From Camelus ferus (Eukaryota): a stretch of 64,000 nt of DNA. Positions 36,461 to 49,942 of this stretch are shown piece by piece. The notes beneath the pieces are model-generated. The model saw only the letters and a list, made by a program, of their open reading frames with translations, had not been told where the DNA came from and searched no databases. The DNA lies in assembly GCF_009834535.1 (NCBI RefSeq), contig NC_045696.1, positions 69,566,001 to 69,630,000 of the forward strand. The letters run 5' to 3'. A program made the translations under genes and the position numbers. Positions within the stretch are counted from its first letter, which is position 1; the number at the start of each line of letters is the position of its first letter.

Positions 36461-39400
36461 CTATATTTTAGTGCTTTTAACATTCTTATCTATTTCCAAC
36501 TCTACTATTATCCTAGGTGAGATTACACAGCAATGACAAATTGATGTCCCATCTGGTCAACCTCTATAGAGCCATCTAATCATGTTCCTACTGAAGAACT
36601 TCCAGTGCTTGCTCGCATTTCAACTCAACAGCCTCCATGCGCAGCTAGAAAACCGAACCTCCTCCCTGCAGACAAACTGGCAGCCATCCCTGAATCCTCA
36701 ATGTTTCAAATTCTGGCTGAATGGGAGTCGTGTCCCAAGGCCTGCCTAAGAGATTTTCTATTCAACTGTGTGAGTGGGAGAGCAGCAAGCAGCCTTCTCA
36801 GACTTAAATGGTCAGCAGTGCCTGGCCTGCATGGGGAAGGCGGGCTCGGGTTGTGGAAGGGAGCCTCCAGTAAGAAGGCTCTGCATGTGATCCTCATTAG
36901 TGATGGGCGTGGGCTGGGCCATCTGTGTTCCACAGGAGAACAGAATGTCAGGCTGCCTTTCAGATGCCAAGAGATGCTATCTAATGGCGAGATCCAGAGA
37001 GCTCAAAAAGCAAAGAGGCATCTTTCCTCCTGGGCATATCTGTAGGAAGCCAGGGACACAGAAAACCAAGGGGTTTTGGAAATTAGCTGCTTAACTTGCA
37101 GGGCATTTCACCCTTGCTACCAGTGCATTCTTCATGTCCATGGTGTAAGATGGCAAGCAGAGCTCGGCAGCCTCATCTGCTAACTAACTAAACTCCCTCA
37201 GATGGACCCCAAGCTGAACCTCTGTTGGCCTGAAATCTGTAGATGCAATGGCAGGTGCATTACAGCAAGGCACCAGAGTTTGCAGTTAAGCCTCTGGGTC
37301 TCCCAGGGGTCAGGAAACACTAGAGGTAGAAGAGATCATCTAATTGGATGCTGGATGCAGATTCTAGAGGATAATCAGAAAACTTGGAGAACTAGTCTAA
37401 ATGGGTCAAATTAGAAAATGCAATTTGGAAGCAAAGAGGATAACATCTACCCCAGTATCCAGCATGTAGTAGGTAATGAGTAAATACTGTTAAATGAATG
37501 AATAGCTGAAGTGGGTATCTTTCCTTCCACCCTGGAATGGGTAAGGCAAGGGGAGGGTGGTTGGTAGAGGGGATGAAAGCTTTTTAACTAACAACTCAGG
37601 AACTTGAAACCACAGGATGTAGAGGGAGCTCATGGGGGCCTTTAGCTACTCAGACATCTGTTGAGTGATGGATACAGCTAAATATGGATCATCAAAGGGC
37701 TCTCTAGGTCACATGGAGGGCAGCTTCATGATTCAGAAAATATGAAATTCAACTCGGACAGAAAGATAGAAATATTTGCTATCTACTTCTTGGAGATCAG
37801 GTCAGAACTGACCCAAAAAAAAAAAAAAAAAAGCACAGACACGGAATCACAACACAGTAAGAAATCAGCATAATAAGATATAGACTCATGAGATGAAAAG
37901 AGAGAGAGAATGGATTTTTAGCAGGTTTATTTGGGCAAGGGAGATGAGCTTGAACACTACAGTCCACAAATGGGAGAAAGGACAGAGAAATCCTTTTCTT
38001 AAAAAAGCTTAAAGTTGAGTTAATGGAAAAATGGAAATGTCCTGGCATTGATGAAATGGTAGTTAAATAAAACCTACCATTTACTGTCCAGTCCAAAGCC
38101 TTTTGCTTTTATGACCACTTTCAAACTTCACAAGAACCTTATGACGTCAGTGCTGTATGGCTCCCCATTTGATAAATGAGGAAACCAAGAAATGGAGCAG
38201 ATCTTGTAGGGGAAGATCCAGGTTCAGATCCATTGGGATCTGCCTTCAGAGCCCATGTTGGTGACTGCAGGGCCCTCGCCGAGGCATCTGAGCTGCCAGC
38301 ATGATGACAAGGATTTACTCCACCCAAACTGACCCCCTGTGCATGAGTACTTCCTTCTCAAACTCGAAATCCAAGTCCCCTCCCTTTTCAACAGAGCTGG
38401 AGTGGAAAACAGCATTCCTTTGGGCGCAGAGGACCACTTCTTGAGAAGAGCACCTCCGGGCAGCAGCAAGTCCATATACGCCTTGCCCACCTCCCTTCTT
38501 AGGCCCTCTCTCCCACACATGGTGGGGCCATCTCCTAAGACACCACTCAGAGGACAGAGCCAACAGGAACACCTGGCGAAGAACTCAGCCAGATCAAAGT
38601 ATTCACAGAATATTAAAGATCATATTAAAAGATACACAGAGACCGTATCAAAGATCAGGAGCAAGTAAAGTGAGGTCAGGCAAACATCAGAATTTTGTAA
38701 CTGATATCTAAAGGTGGGATGGAGATTTGAAGTGTCCTTTTAAAAATGTATTGAATGAGTCATAATTTGGAGTAAAAAGACTGCTTCTAGAATAATGCAA
38801 AAAAACTTTTTCCCTTCCAGAAAAAAAAAATCCTTTTAAAAATGGAATCTTCACAAGAATTACAAGTGAGGGATAATGAAAATGGTGATTTCTTTTTATG
38901 TTAGATAATACAAAAAAAATTTATAAATGTCACAATGTAAGTGGCAATCCAGAAAAAGATTCCCTCAAGTCTGCATTTGCTGTTGAGGAACTAAATGACA
39001 GTACTTATAAAGTAATTGATAAACTGTTTTTTTTGTCCTTTTTTTGGGTAAAGAAAACTGATACCAATTGGTTACCAGAAGATCGCATGACCTTCAAGAA
39101 AAGAAAAATTTTCCTGGTGACTATTCCCTCTCTCCCCAACATTCTTGAGGTAAAAAGATTGAAAACTAGATCTTTCAGAGAACCATGCATGCATGGAAGG
39201 TGTTAATGATAGAGGATGTCACTGAATTACTCTTTGGGGTTTGCTATCATCACACCCTGCTTCTACCAGGTGTTAAGGTAATGATCATAAACTTCAGAGG
39301 ATTAAGCAATTCTCACTCCCATCCCCTCCCTGCCAGCCTCCTGATGTTCCCCACCCCCAGTTAAATATAATTCCTGGAATTAGAACATCTGGGAGTAAGC

Positions 39401-42400
39401 TCTTTCTATTAGGACAATTTTCAAACATACGGAAAAGTAAAGCCACAAGTAGAACGAGAGCCCCTGTGCCCATCACTGAGAATCAGGAGTTGCTATCACT
39501 TTGCCTTATTGGTTCCATATTTTTTTCCCACTGGAATACTTTAAATTGTAGATGTCATCTCACATTAAAATACTACACATCCGTCATTATGGGGGATCCT
39601 TTCATAAGTGTATAGTGTGTGTATCATCCACATTGCTGGAGGAAGATGTCAGGGTGTTGTACATATGAGCTCAGTCATTTCCCAACTGACTGAATCCAGT
39701 TGTCACAAATAGTTAATCAGGACATTGCTCTATCACTGATAGGAGAAAGTTTTGGGTGGAACCCAAGGAAGATCTTAACTGTATTCAAAATGTTCCTGAT
39801 TGATCTGGAAAGAGGAAGGTAAACAGCACATTAACTAAATTCTCAAAAGACACTAAATTGGAAAGTGTCATAAGCAGTAATGATGCCAGAGAGAAAATGC
39901 AGAGCGCTTGAAGGAGTTAGAGCTTTACCTGAATGGTGTGTGTTCTTATTTTTGAAATAAAAATTGTTTAAAGCATTAGGAGTTGGAGAAAGACTTGGCA
40001 CAGGATTGGTTGTGATAGGAAAACCATTAAAACATCGTACTTGCAGGTTCACTTAATCATACACAGAACGGTTCTAGTGACTGCTCCCACCACATGAAGA
40101 GTAGGAAGCCAGACTAGGGGAGAGGGTCAGCTGCTGAGGTGTACAGACTGGTCCTCCCCTCCCCAGGGCAACTGAACTGGAGGTGTGTCAACCCCCGAGA
40201 GAACGTCTGGGAGGCCTGGTTGTGAAGCGTTGGCTCACTTAGCAGGTGAGCCATCATTTTCCATAGTCAAAATGTAAGGAGAGCAGGGAGCTTCCCAAAG
40301 GCTCTGCGCTTAGCTGCTGGGGTCAGGGCGGGCGACTGCAGATGTTCTGGACAAGATGGCGGGCAAGGTGGTTGCTCAGCTTGCTCTCAGAGTGACTCTG
40401 CCAAACCCAAGAGAAGCAGGGAAAATGAGCGACAGCAGATTCCAGAATATTCAGCCCAGCTTAGTCAATAAATGAAATGTGTACTATTCAAGGACAGCCT
40501 AGGTGGTGGCACCAACTGGAAAGCAAGGCCTAATTCCCAGCCTGTGTGGCTGGTGACCTAACTGAGCACCCATCTGGCTTCCCACACATCAGGAGGAAAA
40601 GTGTTATCCATACCCCCAGTGCACATCTGCAGACCTCTGGCTCATTCATCACCCTGCCACCCTGTCCCCCAATACCATGGGGCTCATAAGACCAAGCACC
40701 ACCTTCTCCTTTCCTGACACTGCTGCCCTGAGGAATGGGAGTCTGTGTTGACTAAGACAGGAATGAAGATTGTTTTCATCATCCTGAGGGCGGGAACATG
40801 GTTCCCTCCCAGAGCATCCCCTCTTTGGAAGACCACCGTCTCTTCTGAGCTCCCTCCTCCAGCCCAACCCCTGGCCCTGAAGCCCAGGATCAGCTGATGA
40901 GCATGAACACACATGAGCTCTCCCGGGCTTGGAGAAGAGCTCTGGGCAGGATGGCGGGCCATGTCTGCATGCCCATGCTGCCTCGTCCAGGCAATGTGGC
41001 TTTCCTTTTCTCTGTCTTCTTGAAACGAGAGGCCTGTCTGTACTGCTGTCCGTGAGCCGTTTGGAGCAGGGAGAAGGAAGCACAATGTCCCCTCCCATAT
41101 CCCACGGAGCAAAATTGGCACAGTTCCCAGAGGGGGACATAAGGGTTCCGAAGACAGAGCTCACTGGCAGATGTTGAACCCTCTTCCCAGCGGTGCTGCC
41201 CTCCCCTCGGCTCTCTTCCATGATGAGCCCGTACTGCTTGGGATCAGGACCAAGGAGTACTGAGAGAAACAGCATCCCAGGCAGAAGGCTTCCTGACGAC
41301 TCAGAGGACTCCAGCTCAGATGTCCCATGTGAGATGGTGGTGAGCAGGGTCTAGGGCAGAGGGAGAGATGAAATAGGAAGTCCCATCTTCCCTGAAAGGG
41401 GACAAGAAAGGGCAGGGGCGTTTATGGAAATCTGCTGGATATTCTCAAAGGCAGGTCGTCTGCAGGAAACTGATCCTGCCTGCACTGGACGTGAGAGGAA
41501 CACTCGTCCTTTCCCAGATTCCATTTTCTTGAAGGAGGAGAGAAACTCTGGGGGACTGAATTCTGGAAACTCAGGAGTGAGGAGACAGAGAAAGCAAGGG
41601 AAGGCCAGGGGCCCAGCCTCCAAACCCAGCAGAAGTTTTACATGGCTCCCAAGAGGAGTAGGGACAATTTCAGGTCAGAGTTTGGTTCTTCTGCTGCCCT
41701 TGAGGAAAAGAAAGGGTCGGGAAGGACCCACAAGGCCCTTTGCAGAAATCGGCTCCATGTTGCTGCCTCAGTTACTCCAGGCCTGGGCAGCTGGAGCAGC
41801 GCTAGAGGAGACTGGGGTCTCAACCTGTCTCCTTCTGAGGCCACTGCCCAGGGCACGTCCTCCCCACGCAGCATCAGCTGGGGTCAAGTACCTTCCTCCC
41901 TCTGCTCAGCGCCACACTGCTTCTCTCGTGGGCCAACTCCACTTCCTACCCTGACACCTGTTAGCAGCAGGGACTTGGGCAAGTCATATTATATCTCAGG
42001 TTTTCCACCTGTAAAATGGGAGTGGCGCAGATGAATAATGCATTTATTCATGTATTCATCCATAAATATTTCATGATTAAACAATGTCTACTTGCTAAGC
42101 AAGTACCTCTTAACATGTTTCAGTGCAGTTCCCTGACTTTCTCCCATCACATTCTGCTCTTCTCAACCTCCACCCACCCCACTCCCCAAAGGGCCTGCTG
42201 CTTCTACTTTTTCTCGTTTCTTTTATCCTCCTGATGTTTCTCTTCATTCCCTGCCCACCATGATTCTATTTTTAGAGTGTTTCTACATAAAATCAGAGGA
42301 TCAGGTGGATCTTAAGGGGTATCTGCCCACTTTGTTATCTCCAGGCAAGTCTGTGCTTAGAAGACCCAGGAGAGATCAGAGGACACAGTCCAGGGCTCAG

Positions 42401-43847
42401 TTTCAGGATGCACTCCAGTGTCTCGCAACTTCTCCCATCAGGAAATTGCTCTCAACATCTCATTTAAACCTCAGTCAATACGGGGTTCCTTTTTCTCTTT
42501 ACCTTTGGAGTCACATCTCAGGCGTAAAGCACCTTTGTGGGTATAGAACTGTTGGGAAGTTTAACCCAGAATGACATTACTTCAACATCCCAGACCGTGA
42601 AAACAACAGAATCAGAAACAAAGAAGAGGTTAGAGGCCACGGCAGTTAGAAGAGTTTGGCTTCTATAAAATCAACAAAAATAGAACAAATAAGCAACATC
42701 CCACAAGTATGACCCTTCTGGAGTCACAATTCCTGATAGATTATCTGAATTAATATGAAAAGCCCATTGAACAGGGACTTCTGGAATCATAGGCCCTTTT
42801 GTTGGAACGGCCTCTCTTTAGATGCCATTGAGTCCAACTTTCACATTGAGTTGGTTGCCGTATAGCATGACGTCTGCTCTGTTGAGGGTAGTTAAGTAAT
42901 GGTTGGTGGTTATTCAGCATTGGTTCCTATGTCACCATACACAGAATTCCTCTCCAAAGCCATTTTCCCAGGCCCTTGGGTCAGGAGCAAGCCTGGACAG
43001 GGCCTAATGCCCCAGAATGTGTCCCTTTTGATCTATGCAAACCTGCCAAGGTAGCTTACAGTCCTGATAGGGGCAGTGCCATCTAATGGGCAGGTCCCAT
43101 TAAGGAGGCAGATTGCAAAACCTGCAGCATCTTGTTTCTTTCTTCTCCAGATTGCAAGAGACCCAACTGAAGAGAAAGGGATCCAACAGCAAGTCACTGA
43201 CCCGGCTTGCCTCTCCCACAGAACGGCAAGGAGTCACCTTGCGTGCCTCTCTGTACCGTCATCTTTGATGCTCGGTAGATATTTCAGGGAAAGGCTTATT
43301 GTTAGCAAGCAATCCTAATTCCAAGAAGCCACCTGTTAAGGAGATGCTGATGGATGCTTTTCTCTCTCTGCAGAAAGCAAGTAAGACCCTTCTGTCTTGG
43401 AAAAGTCTGGCAAATGTTCTATAGAGGCTGCTGAGGAAGGGCACCCTTCCATGTCCTGTAATGGTAGGAAGGATGAAACCCTGCCTGGCCACAAGAGCAG
43501 CACGGGGAGTGGGCTGCAGTCCCGTCTCAGCCTCATGGCTTTGGACACATCCTTTAGTCTTCCCGCAACTCTTTCTCCATCTGTCACACAAGGGGGATCT
43601 GAAGACCTTCCCACTTCAACCATCTTGCCTCTGCCTGGGGTAAACCCTGCAGTTCTTGCTCTCCTGGGTCTCCCATCAGACCCAAGACCCCCTAGGCCTG
43701 CTGACCCCAGAGGGCCACTCCCAGCCTCTCCACCGAGGATCTGCCTTCCCTCCCTTTTGAAGATTGATCATGCTCAGAAGTCAGCTGATTTGGGGAGGGG
43801 GGGCAACATGAAAAAAACGCTGCAAGAAAACTCTTTGATAAGCCTCA

Positions 43848-43850
<3 letters not shown>

Positions 43851-43890
<40 letters not shown>
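43851..43890. repeat. (CA)20 microsatellite
   Basis: Perfect 20 units, read directly. Confidence 0.97.
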
Positions 43891-43894
<4 letters not shown>

Positions 43895-44376
43895 CTGACA
43901 CACATACTCAATCCTTGAGGTGTAAACATTTTCTCTTCTGTGTATCAAATTTATTTTACCCTTTCTAATTGCCAGTGTGTTAGGAGAGAATTCAGTCCCA
44001 CAGTGGAAAAGAATTGCTTCCTCTTAGGGAACTTAGCCAAACCTCAGTGTTTGGGGATGACCCTGGGCACAGGTTGAATGAGACTAAAGGTTCTAACACA
44101 TCTCAGCTGTGGTCCCTAACGCAGAATCTACCAGCCGAGACGAGGCAGCAACTAGCGAGACAGTGCCAGGGTTCAGATCCTTCCCTCCTGGCTTGTCCAC
44201 CTCCGCTGCCTCCCCCACCCATAGACCTGTTGTTCTGTAACAGTGGGTGTCTGCTCCAGCCTGCCCGCCCTGAGTGCCGTGGACTTGTTCTATAACGTAC
44301 TGTGTGTGTGTATGTCTGACTCTGTGGTTTACTGCAAATAAAAAGGACAGCAGATGTCTGGCCTCTGACCTCCTGT

Positions 44377-44401
44377 TTTTGTTTGTTTGTTTGTTTGTTT
44401 T
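44377..44401. repeat. (TTTG)n microsatellite
   Basis: Read directly from the sequence. Confidence 0.85.
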
Positions 44402-46594
44402 TTATGCCATTGCTTGAGAAATCAGGATCGTCTGGCCAGCCAAGAGCACTGGAGATGTGCACGTTTCTCTAGACTATTCTGTGGCCTCTCCACAGTTGCG
44501 CACTGCTGGGGAAGGAAGGAGCCACTGATACACCAGGACCAAGAAGACTGGAAATGCTCTGTTTTCACTTCGCTGATATTGAAGGAGGGAGAGAGGAAGC
44601 CCAAAATCCTATTACATAAGCACTTGCTGAACATTTTATCTACCTAATCTCATTGACCTCTGAAGAGTCCCCTGTGAAGTGGTTAGCATTTTATAGATGA
44701 GGAAACAGAGGTTCAGAAATAGTAATGAACTTGCTCAACAAGTAGCACAATAAGTAACTTAGTTCTGTCTCTCTCGTATCCCCAGATTCATGTTCTCTCC
44801 TCTAAACTAATGTTTCTCCTAATATGGCCTGTGGACTGCTTACATCAGAAACACCAGATTCCTGGACCCCACTCAAATTCTCCTGAATCATAACCTCTGA
44901 GATCTGATATTCTGTAACCTGGGACTGTTGATCCTTGTGCCCACGAAAGCTTGAGAACCACTGAGCCACACCTGCTGGAGGGCAGGACCACTCTAGGAGG
45001 AGCCTGTAGAAGAGCAGCCTTAGACAGAAGAGACCTAGAGAGGAAGCCTGGCTGCAATGCAAGGGCAAAGGGGAAGCGAGATAGTAGACTGCACATCAGG
45101 GTTGGCTGGCCCCTCACCCCAGAATTTAGACCCCAAGATCAGGTCCCTCAGCCCATCTCCAGGTGAAAGCTGTCCTGAGCCAAAGGTTCAAGATTACATC
45201 TGGGTGGAGCTGGGCAAGGACACACGGGCTCAACACAGCAGCTCCAGGTGGGGCAGCCGTCTGGGAAGAGGGGTCGTGGATGCTTGGCAACTGCCTACAG
45301 GCTCCTGCTGCCTTCTCAGCCCCCACCCCCCAACCCCCGCCCAGCCTGGCCACTCCCCAAGTGTGAAGCCCCACTGCTGTTTGCTCTCCAGGCTCTTCCT
45401 GCCACAACTAACCAGCAAGGTTCCAAAAGCCCCGAAACTCACGCCCAGAACCCTCAGTCTCTGTGACCCTGCTGCCTCAGGGAACCTACCCAAAATGTTA
45501 CTCACTCCTCCCCACTCCCTCCCCCTTCCACCTGGACTTGACGAGTTCTATTTTGTGCCTCTAAGTCTAGGTGGTGTTTTCTGAAATGATGGCTGGGATG
45601 TTTGAGGTGGGGCACTGTGAGACAGATGCATAATTGCTACTCGGGGGCAGAACTAAATACTGGAAATAGCTGGGCTGCCCACTCAGCTGGGGAGACTCAG
45701 CGCTCACCTTCCTCCTGGCTGAAACACTAACTATGCATGAAAAATATTTTCCTCAAGAAAATGGCTTTTCTACAGTCAAGAATTCAAGAAAACCCCCTCT
45801 TGTACAGAATTTGATATTTCCAAATCAGCAAAACACAAATTACGAACCTAGAAGTCTCATCTATGATAGAGAACTCTTGTAGTGAGAATTTTGAGTCTCT
45901 GTAGCTAACAAAACAATTAGGTAAACAAGGAAAATGCTGGTCCATTCAAGAACAAAGGCCTTTTAGCAGTTGTGTTTGCATTTTAAACAATGGCGAAGAA
46001 TAAGCCATTTGCTATAACAGTTACAAGATTTTCTAACACAAGAGACCCTGTTCCTGCTCCTTCCCCCACAAAACAGGTTATTGTGTGTCCTTAAAAGTTA
46101 CAAACCTGCCTTTGTTTTTAAATATTCTTACTCCTACTTTCAATTAAACCAGACTTTCAATTGTTACAGGAATATTTCTGAATCTAAAACCCTAAAGCTA
46201 TTCACTGGGAGAACAAGAAGTCAAAGGCAGCAAAAAGCAACAATGGAAGCAGCTAAGAAAGCTGAGAGAGATAAGGAGAGGGTTGTGGTCTCAGAATTGG
46301 AGGGCTCCCAGAGAGCACTCAGCCTAACCTCTAGCCGGAGCGAATCTCTGCAGGGCGGCACCTGTCCGGTGCACCGCCGCCTCTGCTTGAAGACTTCCGC
46401 ACATGAGCAGCCCACTACCTTCCCAGGAAGCCCATTTAGGAGCAGTTTTCTGAGCCTTGGATGGCAAATCTTGCACCCAAGTCTGCCTACCATTCACTCC
46501 CATCACTGGGCCCTGACTTGGTCTCTGGTAACACAAAATAAATCTCCCCTGCAGAGCAGCTTTTAGATATTTGGAAATGGCCACCTCGTCCTAA

Positions 46595-46790
46595 GTTTTT
46601 TTTTTCCCCCTCCAGACTAAACATCCTCTAAATCCTTAAATCATCCGTTGTATGTCTTGAGTCTCAGACCCTAAGCTATTCTTGCAACTTTCTCTGGAAC
46701 AACAACAGTTTGCCAAGGTCTCTCTTAAACTGCGATTCCCGGAGCTGAACACAGCACAGAAACAGGCGTACAAGTGCAGAGCCACATCCC
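46595..46790 (-). mobile_element. L3/CR1 LINE fragment (reverse)
   Basis: CTCCAGACTAAACATCC...TCTCTGGAACAACAACAGTTTGCCAAGGTCTCTCTTAAACTGCG...GAGCTGAACACAG matches the recalled reverse L3 ORF2 end. Confidence 0.65.
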
Positions 46791-48011
46791 TCGCTCTGGA
46801 GACCAGTGGGCTTTCTCTGGCACCTGCAGCACCTTGCTAAGTCACCTGTTCTCACAGCTGATGTCTCCCAGCCTCTAATGAATGCTAATAATTACCGTTG
46901 GTATGGTGCTTCACAGATCACAAAGTCCTTTCAGAAACATGTCTCCTTTACTCCACATAACCCTGAGGGGTTGATTAAAGATGAGGAAACAAAGGTTTTC
47001 CCAAAGCCACATGGCCAGGCTCAAGCTGTGAGGCTGTGAGTCCCCATCCATGCTCCTCTAAACACAACCTTGTTGTCTTTTCACTTGAACCTCTGTTAAG
47101 ACCAAGAAAGTCTCCCTGGCTTCATCTGTTAGTGTCTATTCAAAAATCTCTTTTTTTTTTTTTTCTGTTCCATTTTGTCTTGTTAATTTCTTCCCATCCT
47201 TTAACCTATCTAGATCTTTTGACTCCCATTTCTGCTGCCCCTAACATTAAAGGGAAGACACCGACAGGTCAGAGAGAGAGGGCAGCAGAAAAGGATGAAG
47301 TGCCAAGCAGGCGGAACCTGGGGAAGGGAGGAGCTGGGAGGGAGCATCTCAGAGAAGGATGGGCAGTGTGGAGTGGCAGATGCATGTTGATGACGCGGGT
47401 TGGGAGGATGGGTTCCATGCCCCATCCACCTTGGCTGGCTCTGTTACCCTAGGCAAGCCACCTAGCCTCTCAGAGCCTCACTTTCTGATGAGCGGACATC
47501 ACAGTGAGACTAGTCAATTCCCAAGACCTCTCCCAGGTTTATCAAGGTAACAGGTAGAAAAGACCTTATTGTTAATCCAGTGGTTCCTCTTCTCTTTCAA
47601 TCCAATGAGGATATTGAACATCAGACTCAAAATATTTCATATGGTTTTCTTCTGCTAAAATAAAGGAAAGCAAAGATGGCTAGGGGTCATGACAATAAGC
47701 AACATTTATTTCATCTGATTGCCAGCCCTGGGTTTTTTGGGTTGAAGGGAGAGAAGGATTACAAAAGCTACCTCTCAAGAAGTAGGACCTGAAGACTAAG
47801 GCATTCTCAAAGGGGCTGAACAAGAGGCTCTCCAGCTGTCACCTGTACCCTCTTTACAGCAGAGGACCGAGGGTCCCACAGTGAACAACCCTTCCCACAG
47901 TGGCCACTTAGATGATGTGCGAGGGGAATGAGGCTCCTGTTTGTTAAGCATCTCTTGTGTGCCTTCCTGGGGAGGTCATGTGATAAATGTCCTTGGATCA
48001 TTGCACTAAGA

Positions 48012-48120
48012 AATATCATCCCATGTTTTCATTCTTTCAGAGTAGAGACATTCAATGAAAATATAATATCATCCCATGTTTTCATTCTTTCAGAGTAGAG
48101 ACATTCAATGAAAATATAAT
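48012..48120. repeat. Perfect 53-bp tandem duplication
   Basis: Unit AATATCATCCCATGTTTTCATTCTTTCAGAGTAGAGACATTCAATGAAAATAT at 48012-48064 and 48065-48117, followed by AAT. Confidence 0.97.
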
Positions 48121-48363
48121 GTTAGCCACATATATAAGGTTAAATTTCCTAGTAGCCGCAGAAAGAGTAAAAAGGAATGGGTGAAATAAACTTTAAACAA
48201 ATATTTAACTCAGCATATCCCAAAATATTATCATTTCAACCTGTACTCAATATAAAAATGGAGTTACTTAACATTATTTTTTATACTAAGTCTTCAAAAT
48301 CCAGTATTTATTTTATATTGGCACCACTAGCCTGGGGTCAGTGGCTGCCATATTGGACAGAGA
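48096..48363. mobile_element. MER33-like hAT-Charlie MITE
   Basis: AAAATATAATGTTAGCCACATAT...CCAAAATATTATCATTTCAAC...ATACTAAGTCTTCAAAATCC...GTGGCTGCCATATTGGACAG. Confidence 0.8.
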
Positions 48364-48684
48364 AGCTCCCACAGCATCTGGTACTTTCCCATCATAGCAC
48401 TTCTCAAACTGCATCCTAATTGCCTGTTTCGTGATCTGCATTATCCATCAGGCTGGAGCTCTGGGAGGCCAGGGACTGTAGAGTTAACTGATACAGTCCC
48501 TACTCAGTGCTTGACATGAATGTAATAGACTCTTGGTGAGTATTTGCCAAGGAAGCAAGGAAAGGAGGAAGACAAGCTCACATACCTAGTCAGCACAGAG
48601 AAGAGCTTGGATTTGAACCTATGTCTGTCCAACAGGAAAATGCACCATCACCTCACTATATCATGCTGCCACCTAAACTTCAGG

Positions 48685-48920
48685 GAGCATTATGTAAAGA
48701 GCATGGTCCTTAATGCCAAATAGACTTGGATTCAACTTCAGCTAGGAGACTAGTGACAGGGAACTCATTGCAGAAGTTATTAGAGTGATTTTGTGCTAGT
48801 TACCTTACCTCTCTTAGCCCTAATTTCCTCATCTGTAAAATGGGAAAAATATTTACCACTCAGGGAACTATGACGATGACGTGGATCTTGCAAACATTAG
48901 GCTTTCTATAAATGTTAGTT
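48685..48920 (+). mobile_element. MIR SINE
   Basis: TTTCCTCATCTGTAAAATGGG core. Confidence 0.65.
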
Positions 48921-49715
48921 TCTTTGCCTTGTCTAATTAGATGGAAATAAAATATTCTTATCTGGCTATGTTTTAATCATGCAGCAGCTTTGACCCTATC
49001 TAGAGAGGGGAAAGTAATGAAAAGCAAACCAAAATTTGAGAAATGGAGCCAACTCCTACCATCTGCCTCCTTGTTTGTTCTTTAAAAAGCTCCACAAAGT
49101 GCAGGTCTAGCCCGGGCATCCCATGAATTGTGAGGAGGCTAGAGAGCCCTTTGCTTTGCTGGCAGGTCCTCTGACTGCCTCAGGCATTCTAGCATTTAAA
49201 CCCCCTCTGCCCCAGGCCCAGTGGAATCCACCTTTGCTATCCTGAGAGCTCTGGAGGCTGGAAACTATAAGGACTACACCTGGTCCAGCAGCCGAGTGTG
49301 TGTGTGAGAGAGTGGGGGGGGGGGGCCCGGGGGGAAGGGGTGGGCAGTGAATGCTCAGAGATTCAGTCCTGAGGCCCAACTTCTAGCTGGGGCTTGAACC
49401 TCAGGGAAGGAAAAGGCTCCTTTACCCCAAGATCCTTGCAGAAGCGTAGGAGGAGGCTGTAAAACTGCCATCGTCTTGATCAGAAAATGTCTATCAAAAT
49501 TCAACACTCACTCCCAGCTTATTTCCTACCACCCACCCTCCCCGTGACTGCCCGTGCCCGTGCCCCTCAGAGTTTTCTCATTTCCGTGGCTTTGCTGGCT
49601 CAGCTCCTCTGCCTGTGGGGCCCTCCTCCTACCCAGTCACCACCAGCCCTACTCCTCCCCGCCTGCACTTGCCAGCCGGCCTTCCATCTCTCAGTCCTAC
49701 CAGCGCCCTGGCCAA

Positions 49716-49942
49716 TACACACACACCATCACCATATACATGTACCCCACCATTCTGTCTACCCATCCTCCCCTGCCTAAATTCTTCCCTACCTACATAC
49801 ACATACTCCCCCACACATATACACACCACCCCCACCAGCACATACACATAAGCCCCAGCAGAGGCACACACACAGCACGACTGACTGCACCACACACCTT
49901 CCGCTCGTCCCCTGCTTTACACACACCCGACACACACACAGT
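49716..49942. repeat. Degenerate CA/C-rich low-complexity tract
   Basis: Many CACAC, CATAC and CACC units. Confidence 0.75.

Noticed and set aside
40649..41954. Longest ORFs (208 aa on -, 176 aa on +) as novel genes
   Set aside because: No recognisable domain, and the composition (S/P/G/R/L-rich) is typical of chance ORFs in GC-rich DNA. Overlapping ORFs occur in several frames and no supporting exon structure is evident.
43397..45584. 173-aa and 175-aa ORFs
   Set aside because: No homology recognised, and one runs through the (CA)20 microsatellite (HTHTHT).
48012..48120. CRISPR-like repeat array (also 17103 and 55393)
   Set aside because: Only two adjacent copies, no unique spacers, no cas genes, and a eukaryotic context.
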